A stretch of DNA of 62,460 bases, filler included, from Dugesia japonica (GCA_001938525.1; 6 parts of 6 records of this genome joined end to end with filler, not necessarily neighbours in it); one strand, 5' to 3'; positions 1 to 12,764 are shown, counted from the first letter of the whole stretch. Made by a program: numbers and translations. Notes: generated by a model from the letters alone, not told the origin.

Positions 1-795
1 AAATTTGAACCTTTTTTTTACAAATAAATTTTGTTTTGTTTTGATCGAAGCCTTATCTTATTTTAATGAAATATTAGGTTGTATTGATGATTATACTATT
101 TCGTTTTATATGGTTTAATATAATGTTTTTAATTTAACTAATATATTATGTTTATTAATGTATTCATTTCATACTGATCATATGGTTTAATGAATCTATT
201 TTGGTTTAGTATATGTATTGAATTCCTTATGCTTAATGGAAGAATAAGTTTTTTAAATGAATAACCTAATTAAATTTATTGAATTGTTTAACGTTTGATG
301 AGATGAAGTATATTAAAATCAAGTTACTTTCCGGATGAAATTAGAAATTAGTGTATGGTTAAACTTAATAGATGTAATGATATTTATTAAATTTACCAGT
401 ATTGCTATTATAACAAAATCAATACACACACAAAATTAGATCGATTACATAATGTTATAAAACACGAGTCATTGTTAGTTGCTATATTACTTAGAGGAAA
501 TAATTTATTAGGTAATAATATAAAATTATGTAAAAGGTCACCTGCCGCATGTGTGTTGATTATGTTACAATGGTCATATTGCTAAATTTAATGAATCTCA
601 TTACACCTTCCAATAACTCAGTCAGCCTAGGAAAATTGGTGATTAACACTGAGTATGCGTAATTGTGAATCGGTGTAAGCTGAGAACTACCTGCACAAAA
701 TATACTATATTTTGTCTGAAAAATTTTATCTTAATATATTTTGTCGAAAATATTTTGTCGAAAATATTTTGTCTGAGTATATTTTGCCCTACCAC

Positions 796-910
796 CAAAA
801 ATAACATATTAGACATCTACTTTTATTTACTTTTAATCGAATTTTAAAATTTGCAGAAGCGATCGGAAATATTTGTGATCTGTATGGAGAAGGTGCAATG
901 ACCTGAAAGG
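796..910 (+). pseudogene. mariner transposase N-terminal fragment
   Basis: Translates HIRHLLLFTFNRILKFAEAIGNICDLYGEGAMT*, matching the mariner N-terminal HTH pattern (H.RH.LLF.FN...A.EA...IC..YGE.A). Confidence 0.7.
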
Positions 911-934
911 ATTGATTTAGTATGGATTTAGGAA

Positions 935-1050
935 AAGTCAATTCCTGACGAAGACAAAGTAAAAAATTCGAAATACGATCAAGAACTATAAAAAAAATAC
1001 ACGAAAAAAGTAAAACAATATTTTGCTCGAAGCTTTCAATTTAATGCTAA
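935..1050 (+). repeat. Copy of dispersed Penelope-type pseudo-LTR repeat with degenerate hammerhead core
   Basis: ttcCTGACGAagac...ttcGAAAtacgatcaagaact...tttgctcgaagcttt; related segments at 1-72, 6841-6940, 11041-11210, 16949-17096, 28231-28846, 39806-39893. Confidence 0.55.
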
Positions 1051-2549
1051 TTTATTACTATTGTAGAAAACATTGTTCTAAATAAATTATTCAAAATTTT
1101 GTTGTAATAATATATTTGATTTCAAGATTATTTCTGCGGAGTTCCATAGATTGAAGCATGAAAAGCTTTAAAAAAAGAAATTTAACAAAAATATTTTCTG
1201 GATTTTTTGAAATAATGAAGAGTGATAAAAATAATTAAAATTATTTTTAGTGAAAATTTCAGATCAAGTTAATCTTGTAAAGAATCTAAGATAAAGATTT
1301 CCAAAAGTTATTTCATAAAGTTACTCAAGATTTCAATTTTAGAATAAAATTAATAATTTTAGTTGACATTAAGCAGACACAAATTATTTAAAATTGTGAT
1401 AATGACTTAAATTCGTGTTTAACTACAAAAAATCAAATCAGATCAATCGTTTTATAAAATTAATTTTTAAAAAAATGTAAAAAATAGATTCATGATAATG
1501 ATTTGTTTAAATATTCATTTTAAATTCATTTTCAAATTATAGTAATGTAGTAATGAAAATTTATCGTAAAATATTAGTTATGTATGTAGAATAATTTAGG
1601 GTTTGGTAGGATTTCATTAAGATTTTAATTAATTTTCACTTTTCTCCTTTGTCATAACTTATGTTTCGATACAAAATTTTACAATCTGATACCATTTTCA
1701 CGGTACATAATTTGTCAGCTACCATCTTGGGTTGATGTTTAGTAAACAAGAAATTTTCATACAGTAAATATGCGCATAAAGTAAAAGTATACATGCATAT
1801 AATTTATTGAATTTTTATGAATACAGCTATTGATTCCCACGCAGAAAGTTTTCCTCAGAATTCAATATTATTTTTTTTTATTAAAGTCTACTACTAGAAG
1901 TATTTTTAGAAATGTCAGTTGCTTTTATCGCGACTATCATGTGTATATTATGCAGATTTTTTACTAGGTCATTTACTAAAATTATTAATGTTTACCAAAC
2001 TTTCTGATTAAAACTGATTAATTCATTAGTTGAGTTATTTTACAACAGAAATACTTGCCTGAGATGCCTCCATAAATTTATCAGTCCAATTTTTTCAAGC
2101 TGCGACATGTTTAAGTAAATGTATTTTTCCTCACTTTAAAGCAGTACCAAAAACATTTATTTATATTCTTTATGAAAAAGTTAGAAAAACATACAAATGA
2201 CAGAAAGCCTAAACAAATCTTATTATTCTTTATGTAAGATTTAAAATTAATGCTATGTATGGGCTTCGCGTTGTGAACAATTTTATTTTTTTAAAACAAG
2301 CATTTTTTCCCGACACACTATTTTCCCACCACTGATCTAAAGTTTATTACTTAAGACTATTGATAGTAACATATGAAACAATACTTTCAAACAAAACAGT
2401 TATTTAAATGGTACCACAAGATTCATTAAGCTTATTGAAAATTGAGCCTTCACTTAAGGTAGTGAAGTGACTACTCATATAAACCGTATTAGGATAATCC
2501 TCTTAAAATAAATGTTGTTAATGATTTCAATTCAAATATCATTGTAAAC

Positions 2550-2890
2550 CAGGGGTTCTTAACCGGTGAAGTATGCCGATTTTCCAGGAAGGTATGAGTT
2601 TAAACTGTATGTTGGGTTTTTAGGATTTAAATTTTTGAGAATTACTTTTTGCTCTCTCGTACAATCACTGTCAGTTTAATCAGCAAATTTCACAACTAGG
2701 GTCATACCTAAAAACGACAAGCATTTGTGTCACCTCCGTGATATGCCCCTTTTCTATGGGTTCAGCGTGACTTTGTGATATTGCGTCTTATAAGTTAATC
2801 ATGTGAACCGCAATAAAAACCTAGCTCAATATTTAACGATCAGTAAACATTGAAAAACCAAAATTATTAACAAAAGGATGAGTAATCACC
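2550..2890 (+). mobile_element. hAT (Charlie/Buster-like) left end, truncated
   Basis: Begins CAGGGGTTCTTAACC, a typical hAT-Charlie terminal motif; no partner TIR found; right boundary approximate. Confidence 0.4.
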
Positions 2891-3001
2891 AAAATGAATG
2901 GAAGTTTCACAAATGGTTTCAGTATTTATTGTTTATTTACAAGATTAACGACGTATCTGAGCACTGTGCAAAAGTTCCATCATCTTTTAGGCGTCTAAGC
3001 C

Positions 3002-3300
3002 CTAAACCTCTATGGAAGTCTCTTCTTTTGACGGCTGGTAATTCAACCACAATGTTCGAAGAGTTTTGAACATTCTGGCCTCTCTGTCTGCATATATCTT
3101 GATCACATTAGTCATTAACCGGTTGGCTTGCTGGAGGGCGAGCTCTTTCTCCTTTAGTTGATTATATTTGCTATCTGTCTTGGTGTTTCCTCCTTTTAAA
3201 TGCAAGACTTCATTTCGCATCACTCTCTTCTTCTCCTTCAACCTCTTTTGTAGAGTTATGATGTCCTTGATTGATTCTTGGCTCTCCTGTGATTTATTCA
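3002..3300 (-). CDS. small coiled-coil orphan ORF, probably element-borne
   Basis: ~99-codon K/E/L-rich frame (ITLQKRLKEKKR...LKEKELALQQANR); AG acceptor at 3301-3302; AATAAA downstream; TATA-like and ACGTCA motif upstream at ~3475-3490. Confidence 0.4.
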
Positions 3301-3541
3301 CTAAAATTAACAGATGAAATTACATTAACTAAAGAAAAAATCTTTTTTTTATAGTTCAAGAATTTATGATTATTGTACTCGTCATCAAAGAAAACAAATA
3401 ACACGTCTAAATAATAGTAAAACTAACTAACACTCAATTCTCACTGTCGTTGCCTATGTAATCCAAAGCCCAACTCTATTATAGTGACGTACATATCACA
3501 AAGTTTAAATCAAACACCACCTGTTTAAGCTATACATGACT

Positions 3542-3973
3542 TTATTCTAAATTTAAATAAATCGGCAGAATGAAGTTACTCCAACCCATTATTTCCCGTA
3601 ATATTTTTAGCTCCTCCTCTTTCTCCTGCTCTTCTTCCAGCTCCTCCTTTAAGGTCCAGGCGTTTTGAATTTGTAGAGAATTCAATGAACTCGTTTCATC
3701 CGGAATTTTCAACCCCTGCTCTGAGGCCTGGTTCATATAGTCACGTTGAGCTGTGACTATTTGGATGATACCTTCCTTGATTTCCTACTGTAATTTTATT
3801 TTCTTTAGTTCTGCCTTTAGCTCGAGTATTTCTACTTTATCTTTCTCCTTCTCTTTGGCGATTATGACTCATACCTCCTACCATTAGATAAAGTAATTTC
3901 CGCGCTCGTCAATGTGTGGCAAGTTATAGTCTTCTGGCTTCAACTTCACATATTCTCGATTCAAATAATTCAT
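3542..3973 (-). pseudogene. degraded small coiled-coil ORF
   Basis: MNYLNREYVKLKPEDYNLPHIDERGNYFI*...EILELKAELKKIKLQ*...LKEELEEEQEKEEELKILRE, with in-frame stops; acceptor-like CTAG directly before the ATG. Confidence 0.4.
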
Positions 3974-4387
3974 CTAGGATTAATTTTGATTAAGTTCGAG
4001 ATTTATTATTAAAACAACAACAAAATAAGACAACTATCAAAATGGAATTATGAATTTATATTTAAATTTATATTTATATTTTCCGTCTCTTTGGTCTATG
4101 GCCTATCATTTTTGGTTCCACCGCTCCTGGCTTACGGATCAGAGAAAATAACAGTCTGACACTACCATCTTTTCTCATGCCCAAGCTTCCGGGGCTCTCA
4201 AAAGACTTCCATGTCATTTTAGAATATTTATAAGCCTAACAGAAAATTATTAATATTACTCCAAAATTATTTACTCATCTCAGTAAATAAACCATCACAC
4301 AAAAGAAGAGATTCATAAAAGATTTTATTTCTAAATNATTGAAAATCAGCATTGCTTACACATTATAACATAAATAAAAAAACATTT

Positions 4388-4746
4388 TATTGAGCTATTT
4401 TATTATCACAGTAATCGAACTCCATGAAACACTCTTTCCACCTGCTCTCTTTCCTTACAGGGTCTTTCCATTCTCTTAGTACTTTATTTTCGAAATACAA
4501 TTTGTTTCCGCAGCACTTTATTTTTTACACCAATCCATTTGTAAAGCATTCGATTCTTGAAATACAATTTAGCTCTATCACATTTTTTGCACGTCTGCAA
4601 TCCATTTGCAAAGCATTTTCGATCTCAATACACAATTAATTTCAACACATTTTTCCACTGAAGCATTTCATTCTAAGGTACTTTCCGGTTATCTCAACCT
4701 CATAAAAATTTGAAATTTTTTTAAAAGTCTTTTTATTCAAAATCAT
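4388..4746 (-). pseudogene. small Cys/Trp repeat ORF, frameshifted
   Basis: MILNKKTFKKISNFYEVEITGKYLRMKC...KCDRAKLYFKNRMLYKWIGVKI-KCCGNKLYFENKVLREWKD...*, an internal ~22-aa repeat. Confidence 0.4.
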
Positions 4747-4789
4747 ACAATAAACAATAGAAATAAACAATAGAACAGTCATTCGCCAA

Positions 4790-5510
4790 TAGCAGTCGGC
4801 CAACGATTCTTCACCTCATCCAGAATAGCATCGAACGGATTCTCTTAGCCAATACTGCTTCTCCACATGAACTCGGCCAAGTAAGACTTCAGGAAGTGAC
4901 GATCTGTGCCTCTGTGCTTCTTAATCATCAGCTTTGCTGATCCCCACATCCTTTCTACGGTCTGAGTGTGTGCGCCTGTCTCGGCATCTACAAACTTTTA
5001 ATGATGGTTGACCTTAAAGTGTTTAAATACAGATCGCTCCAGTTCATGTGTCTTGTAGGCCTACCAACTCACTGAGTAAATGAGGGTCCCCTCAGCAAAG
5101 TTCTTCTTGATTGCAGTCAGCAGAGTAGATGCACTTCGATCCGGCCCTTCGATGAGAAAGCATTCCTTGGTTTGGGGCATATCCCTCCAAAGGTCCATTT
5201 TTGAGGTAGCACCCGACCGGCATTGTTCTTGCACTTGGTGAAAAATAAATTCCTTAAATTTCCACAATCATTCCATCCCCGCCAATTTTTCCTTGATACT
5301 TCGCCAGTAGAGTCTCCACGCATGCTTGCCTTAGATAGTTACTCCACTCTGTTGTTGTGTACTTGATGATCCCGAGCTCTATCTTGCACAGCTTCCCAGA
5401 TGTCATTTTCCAGGCTCAGATGTAGATGAAACGCGCGACAGTAACGAATGGAAGACGAGATTGAGCGAGCCAGTTGCCGTTGCGAATATTGATCTTCTGA
5501 TAGCAGGCCC
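4790..5510 (-). mobile_element. Merlin (IS1595/ISXO2-like DDE) transposase pseudogene
   Basis: Motifs IRNGNW..SRL..FIY, EWSNYLRQAC, KNNAGRVLPQKWTFGGI, DRSASTLL..IK..GTLIYS..W.AY, HFKVNH..FVD.ETGAHTQTVERMWG.AK, LKSYLAEFMWR; stops and frameshifts present. Confidence 0.9.
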
Positions 5511-6913
5511 TTTCTTAAAATTAAAGAAGAAGAGTATTTTATTTAATATTTAATATAATATATTTTATTTTACTTAAGACTTATTTTGTTTAATTTTAAA
5601 AATTAATTTATCAATATCTTAAGATTAAAAAAATTATAAAATCTTTGATGAGGTCGAGATAACCAGAAATAACCCATTCTAACAGCAATATTAATCGCCG
5701 AACACGATTTATTTTACCACCTCTTATCCTCGGATACATTTCCTTCTATCAGCAATTTCAATTCTCAGAACACAACCATCTGTTCTTTCGGGGAGCAAAC
5801 TGGGATCATAGAGTGGACATTTTAAATTAAGGTTAAATGAAATAAAATATAAAATGACTTTTGTTTAATTTATAGCTCTCCACTTGTCCGTAAAGTAATG
5901 ATGATTCATGACTAACCAAGATTGTCAAATTTTTAAACTCAATATAGATTCTAAATAATTGGAAAATTGTTTCTAAGTTGTGTCTCGTTTCTTGGTGTAT
6001 ATTATATTTATTTAGTTGATGCACAACAACATTGAAACTGCCCATTAGCCATCCAATCGAGAACACTGTTTCCTAAATTCGACTTTCTTATTGGATGTCG
6101 CCATGTGTGCATTTCTTTTTCCTCTCACCTGGCTAACAAATTCTACGCACATCAACTCGTACTTTTTGATGAACGATTTTATTTCAGCTGGTCACCTCAT
6201 GTNNNNNNNNNNNNNNNNNNNNNNNNNNNNNNNNNNNNNNNNNNNNNNNNNNNNNNNNNNNNNNNNNTTACTATTTTCGTGTTCAGCAGACAAAGTACTA
6301 GTGACTGGATCAAAATTAATTAAAATAATAATAATATTAAACGGAAGCTTCAGTCGTATTATTTTAGATTATTTTTTATAACAATTAACACCATTTTCAT
6401 CTCATATTTTGCTGTAATTATCTTTTCTTTCTAAATTAGGGTCTTCTAAGCCTGATTTTCATTTTTTTCATAATAATTATAATACTAATAATTATACAAT
6501 AAAAATGATCATAATAATTATAATAGTCGAATTTCTAGTCCAGTACTAATTTTTTGTGTCTATTTTTCACTGTTTTTAGGAAACTTTTTAAAAAATTTTA
6601 CAACTTTTTTACCCAATGATTTTGCGATCTACCCAAAAATATATAATTCTATAAAAAAAGTATTTTTGAAAAAATAAAAATTAAATATTTAAAAAATATA
6701 TTAAAAAATTCTATCTTATGTAATTATTATTTTGATTTTTCAAAGATTCTTCAACTAAATAATTTTTCTTTAAATTATTCTTATTTGATTTTTATATGTT
6801 CCTTGTTAGATGATGTAATAATATGAAAAGTAAAATAATATTCATTAAATATTAAATTAAAATAAAGAAAAAGCTTCGATCAAAGTAAAATGCATTTTTA
6901 TAAAAACTCAAAT

Positions 6914-6940
6914 TTTCGACACAATTGTCTTCTTCAGGAA
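6914..6940 (-). ncRNA. minimal hammerhead ribozyme core (Penelope-type), stems I/III degraded
   Basis: Minus strand ttcCTGAAGA-a-GAC-aattgt-GTC-GAAA: intact CUGANGA/GAAA boxes with paired stem II. Confidence 0.5.
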
Positions 6941-7789
6941 TATGATGACTTTTAGATTCAATTGGATGATAGATCTTTGTTACAAAATTCTTTTATTTAA
7001 TCAAAATTTTATTGGTTTATCTAAATTATACATTTTTTATTAAAATTAAATGCATCCATGTACATATTCACATATATTAACTACTTTTGGTTCCTCTTCA
7101 ATAATCAACTCAGAACCATATCAGAATAAATTTGATTAACTATCTATTTGATATAAACTATTTCCTTGAGTATTATCATTCAAATCTTGATCACTGTATA
7201 TACAATTTTATTTTTGTCATTTTATTCAATTTTTTAAAATTTATCTATTACAAAATATAAAATGGTTTACTAAATTCGATTTATTCATTTCATTGCGAGT
7301 TGAAATAAGGTTTCTAGTAATTATTTTGATATGGGATTTCGAAATATTAATTTTCGAAATTTATTTAAGATATGTCGAAATTTTAATTTACTGAGTTTGT
7401 TTAATTCTGAAATTTAATTATTTTTATTTTAGTAAATTTTTATTTAAACAGTTGTATGTAATCTTAAGTGAATTATTGTATAAATAGTGACTGATTTTAA
7501 GTCCAATTCATCCACTTTTAAATTGCAAAAAGGGCTAATACTTACTAGGTAGTCGGACAGCAATAAAAATAATAACGCTGGAATTTAATTTGTAATAATT
7601 GAGATATAATAATAAATATTTTAAAAATAAATCTTTACATTACTTTAATAGTTGACTATATAGTATACTTATAATAATATCAATTATATATTAACGATAT
7701 TAAGTAACATATAAGGTTCTTCATATAACATTAATATAAGAAACATATAATTGAATTGTATGAGACTTTAAAATCATTAAAAACTCATG

Positions 7790-8384
7790 CAATTGTTGAT
7801 TTGTTTTGGCAATTATCCCCAAAGCTTCTCAACAATCATGTAAATAATGGGGTTGGTTTAATGACATGTTGTGTTCAATTTCGTCGTCAATCTATATAGA
7901 AAGTCGTTTTTCCATGTCCTCTTTCGTATTATTTCTAGAATGAGTAATTCTAGTTGTAGAGATTTTTGTAGTTGTTATTGTGATAACACTTTTCCTTTAT
8001 TCTTGAGAATTGTCCTTATTGTTAAAGTTGACAAGTTCAATGCAACAGCGATTTGACATTGAAGTTCACCATTATCTAATCTTCTAAGCACTCGCATTTT
8101 AGTTTCTAGCAAAATATGTTTTCTTGTCACATTATTTTCGTGTGTTTTATTATCACACATTAAAAATTATAATATTTATCAATATATCAATCATTATATT
8201 GCATATATTTATACTTACAATAATGGAAATAAATGTTTGAAACAATGAAATTACGTTTATGTAACACTACAGAGAAGAAGAAATGCAGATAAATTGCTTT
8301 GGATTTCGGGGAAGCCAAATGCTGAGTGCAATTCCAAGAGAATCCCACTACTCAAACGGACCAACGTTAAACGGGCTCTTACTG
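7790..8384 (-). mobile_element. Tigger/pogo-like DNA transposon 5' part (HTH-psq/CENP-B fragment)
   Basis: RKHILLETKMRVLRRLDNGELQCQIAVALNLSTLTIRTILKNKGK then frameshifted EDMEKRLSI*IDD; minus-strand terminus TA|CAGTAAGAGCCCGTTTAACG at 8384. Confidence 0.8.
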
Positions 8385-8868
8385 TATAAGAATTTTATAT
8401 TCATTTTGAATTTTTATAATAAATATTGTCATGTATTCATTGTTTAAATTTAATCCACTTTATAATATTTTTTTAACTATATTTTTTTCGTTAAATATTT
8501 ATTCAAAGCTTGATTGGAGCAAGATGATAAGTTTTACTTGAATAAAATTCTTGATTATTATATAACGTAAACTACTTACTACTAATAATTTGCAATTAAA
8601 TTTAGTTATTGCTGATATAATATCAGAAATTCGTATGCAAACATAAAACATAAAAGAGAACATTCCAAAGTTTTTAATTAACTCTTTATTCTAATGATCA
8701 ATTTGTTTTACCATGTAAAAAGTATGCACTTGATATCATAAATGATTTTAAATTGTTAATTTTTGACTAATTTAAATAATTAGATAAATTATTTAATTTA
8801 GACGTTTATAATAAATTCAATTTAAAATTATGATAATTCTTGTAATAATTAATATATATAGTTCAGAA

Positions 8869-9437
8869 ATGTCGAAAAACGATTATAAATCAAAGAATAT
8901 AGATGATAATATTCCAACGAAATTGACTGAATCAAAAATTATTTCTAAGAAAGCTGAAGAGACTCGTGTTCAACAAAAATATAGTCGAGTAAAATCTCCT
9001 GAAGATGAAGGTATAGTATCAAAAGATTCGACCAATCCAACTGTTACAAGAACTTTTAAAACTTATGAGAGAAAAGTTATTCGTAGAATTGGACCAAATG
9101 GAGAGGTTTCAGAGGAAATTTTTGAAACTGGCGATAAGATTCCGGAAAATATGTTTACAACAAATTTATCTGATGAAGTTAATGAAGAAAAATCGAAACC
9201 AAAACTTTGTGGAAAATCAGAAATTCAGGCTTCTTATGGAATGCGCAGTACATTAGCTTCAGGTGAAGAAAATACAGAACAATTTACAACTGGACCAACT
9301 GAGGTTACCATTGTAAATGAAGGTTGGAATTTCCTAGAGCAACCAATATAATTTGAAATAAAATATTTCAGATAAACATTCTTTTCCGTTAGGAGCTACA
9401 GTTACAAAGAGATTTCATCAAGAAAAAATTAGAACAG
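8869..9437 (+). CDS. 5' part of spliced host gene, low-complexity E/K/S/T-rich protein, function unknown (exons 8869-9322, 9372-9437)
   Basis: Open frame MSKNDYKSK...RKVIRRIGPNGEVSEEIFET...VNE; 49-nt GT-AG intron 9323-9371 restores frame to DKHSFPLGATVTKRFHQEKIRT; donor GT at 9438; then microsatellite and linker. Confidence 0.75.
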
Positions 9438-9438
9438 G

Positions 9439-9439
<1 letters not shown>

Positions 9440-9507
<68 letters not shown>
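9440..9507. repeat. (ATT)n microsatellite running into a gap
   Basis: Direct reading; similar tracts at ~19663-19711, 26750-26820, 33310-33374, 48294-48354, 60433-60464. Confidence 0.95.
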
Positions 9508-9607
9508 NNNNNNNNNNNNNNNNNNNNNNNNNNNNNNNNNNNNNNNNNNNNTTAATTAATTAANNNNNNNNNNNNNNNNNNNNNNNNNNNNNNNNNNNNN
9601 NNNNNNN
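9508..9607. other. artificial scaffold linker
   Basis: 44 N + TTAATTAATTAA (stops in all six frames) + 44 N. Confidence 0.95.
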
Positions 9608-9619
9608 CAATACCACTTT

Positions 9620-10515
9620 TTATCTATAAAGTTTGATGATTTTAGGTGATGTTTTCCTTGATCAATGAAAAATTCTCTATCAAATTGTATCAATTTCGAC
9701 AAGTTTTGAGAAACATTTGATATTTTGAAAAAAAGTTACAAAATGCGGGAGGACAGCTGTAACTCTTCGTTAAAATGCATTTTTGCCGACACGATATTTT
9801 ACTTTTGTACAGTCACTTTTCCCTCCTGAGTTTAATGATACTTAATTTGAATCTATACCTGTTATGTACGCCAAGGAAATTGAGCGTTAAAATTCGAAAT
9901 TTGAAATTTTTGACCACAAAACCATATTTATTTCACAATTTTAGAATTATATATTTGGAATTAGTGGAAAATTCTCTATCTAATAAACATGATTATTTCA
10001 CGAAAAGATGAGAAATAAAATTTTCGAAAATTTTTTATTTGTGAAAAATAATCTTCATTGAATTCTGCATCGATTGATGTAAAAATTTTGACAAAAAAAA
10101 TTTTCAAAATTTGGGAGGCTTACCCGGATTGCATATAAAATTTCATTTAAAAATTTAAAAATCTGAAAATTTAAACAAAGATCAACTAAATTCACCAATT
10201 TATCATAAAATTTTTAAATATTTTCCAAAATCTTGAAAATTTAAACAAATTTGACTTTTTTCATAAATTTCCCTAAAATATCAACCCAAACTGACCATAT
10301 TCGAGGAAATAATTTAACCAAATCACTCTTAAAGTGACTAACCCAAAGAAAATCGCAATTGCCCAAAAATTACCAAATCTTACTAATCACGAGGAATACT
10401 TTGACCGAATCACACAAAGCTTACCCAAATTTTCTATTCCCGAGGAAATATTTTACCTAATTCCTCTGAATCAACTAAAAATCGACATAAAATACGAAAG
10501 ATTTTATCGCACTGT
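9620..10515. mobile_element. non-coding dispersed DNA-transposon-like repeat
   Basis: Shared blocks (aattctctatc; gacgatattttaactttgtacagtcactttt; tatgtacgc..aaattgagc..aaaattc; aattctgcatcgattgatgtaaaa) recur at 46500-47750 and 48960-49330. Confidence 0.7.
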
Positions 10516-10690
10516 ATAGAATTATCAGGTTAAGTATAAAATGTAAGAATATTTTTCACTCTGCTTTGTAATCTCTATTTGAATTTTATACAATGCCTCT
10601 ACTATACATGTTGTTATAGTTTTTATCGTCGATGAAAATATTTAAAATATCTTATTTCTTTGATTATTGAAAAGAAAAGACAATTTTCTA

Positions 10691-10855
10691 AATTATCATC
10701 TTTCCAACTGTATTTTCCATTGATATCTAACATTTTCCTGCCAACTACTATTTTCACATCTCTATTCGTATTCACAATCACTGTACTACTATTTGTACCA
10801 CTGTGATTTTCAGGAAATGTTTGCCGTTAGATTTGTCGGGAAATGGATGATAATG
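10691..10855. mobile_element. degenerate MITE-like fold-back
   Basis: Nested inverted pairs attatcatc/gatgataat, tctaac/gttaga, cattttcctg/caggaaatg, aatcac/gtgatt. Confidence 0.5.
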
Positions 10856-11429
10856 ATCAATTTAAAATGTTTCACAAATAAATATAAATTTTACATATCT
10901 AGTTGGAACAACCAATAACTTATTCGTTGATTTCAATAATTAAATTTTAGAATTTGATAGAACTTTTTGAAATAAAAACAATTTTATTCAACTAGAAATA
11001 ATTAAAGAAAAATAAAATAAAATTTTAAATAATTTTACAATTACAATTATAGTGAGAATACTTGTTAGATTTAATAATTGAAGGCATTTGTAAAGTTTCA
11101 ATAAATTAAAGAGTTTCGATCAAAATGATATATTTTGCAAAAAGTTAATTCCCGAAGAAGACAATTGTTAAAACTTTGAATTACTTAGCAACAAAGAAAA
11201 ACAATATTTTAAATAATGTTGAAATTAAAAATTCAAATTTATTTTAGGTTTTTATAGTCTCTCTTTCCAATAACAAATGGTTCACTATAATCATTTTATA
11301 TATTAATTCATAAATCACGAAATAGTAAATTATTTACTTGCATTCTCTATGAATACGTATATGCAATTGTCATCTGAATCTATTCTCATTTCCATTTTTA
11401 TGTTTGTCTTATTGAATTTCAAAAGTCAA

Positions 11430-12620
11430 TATCTCAGAGAATTCCATCAATTGTAATATTTCGATTCCCACCAATCAAGTTTTTCGATGTTCTGTTATTT
11501 TTAGATCTTTTCCTTCCGTCCTTGATTAATAATCTTTCTTCTGGTGGTAGATACCCTGAAGGCGGCAGAAATTTGATCAGCACCTCCTGTGTTGATACCA
11601 CTTACGTATGGTTCATGCGGGACTTTGCGGTATCCCGTCTTTTAAGAAAGTTTGTTGGATAGTCTAGCTCAGATGTTATCTTTGTCGATTTCAGAAATTA
11701 ATAAAAACTCNNNNNNNNNNNNNNNNNNNNNNNNNNNNNNNNNNNNNNNNNNNNNNNNNNNTTCTGCTCACTCGTGATAGTCAATCGGCTTCCGCGGTAA
11801 GTTTCTTGTTCTCGCACTCTCGCTCATCCGTTGCCATAGACCCAACATTTTCCTTTTTAGCAGCGTATTTTTCTTTTTAGCTTCCTTGAGTTCCTTTCTT
11901 AATCTTTTCAACTCTGTTCGGCTACTCTTTTGCTAGATTAACAATTCTTCCCTCGTCGGACGACTAAGGTTCATAGACATTCTACTTATTAAAGACATAC
12001 TATTTTAGTATGATTAATAATTTATCTATTTATTAGTAAGATAAGTCTGATTATTATTAGTGCATTTTGCAATCCGTCACTTTGAGATATTATCAATCTT
12101 CTTTGAATTCATTTGGAAATTTTATCAAAGATTTAAGCTAATCTTTTCAAATTCTACAAAATACAGATTTCTATTCCCAAATTGTTATTTACACTTTTGT
12201 CTCACATCAATGTCTCCTCATCATCACCAGCTGCGGCATCGCTCGCTTTATCCTGGTTGCGAGCCTCTCTACGAAATTATTGTGCAAAAGGAAATCTATC
12301 TTCATCCCCGTTCCGTTCTCTGTTAAAGTTGGTGGCTTCCTAAGGTGATTTGTTATTCTGTTCAGGAGGTCCGCAATTGATAGATTTAGTTGGAAGCGTT
12401 CCTGCTCGAAGATCCATAGTTTGTCCTTCAATTATTTTATCCACATTCGTAATTCTTTAATCTCGATGACTAGCTCTCGATTCTTTACTTCTTTGAGATG
12501 CAACTTGTCCTGCGATATCCACCATGGGTCTCGATCTGTGCCCACATAGCTCCACAAATCGAATAAGATCGGCATATTATTCCTTGCATCTTATCATACA
12601 AAATTTCTACGTTCTGTTTC
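11430..12620 (-). pseudogene. cluster of degraded orphan ORFs
   Basis: MSMNLSRPTREELLI*QKSSRTELKRLRKELKEAKKKNTLLKRK (~11765-11980) and KDKLWIFEQERFQLNLSIADLLNRITNHLRKPP (12207-12431); locally raised GC. Confidence 0.35.
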
Positions 12621-12764
12621 TCTTGAATTTTTCCTATCATTTCTGCTTTGTTAACTTTCACCTCATTGAGACTTTCCCTTTTCAGGAATCGGTAAACTTT
12701 TCTGCCGCTTTATTCATCTCATTCTATTTCTAAGCCTCCTGAGAATAATCAAACAGTATCTAGT

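Noticed and set aside
9552-9563. Recurrent TTAATTAATTAA palindrome as a biological motif
   Set aside because: Always centred in exactly 44+44 N; synthetic
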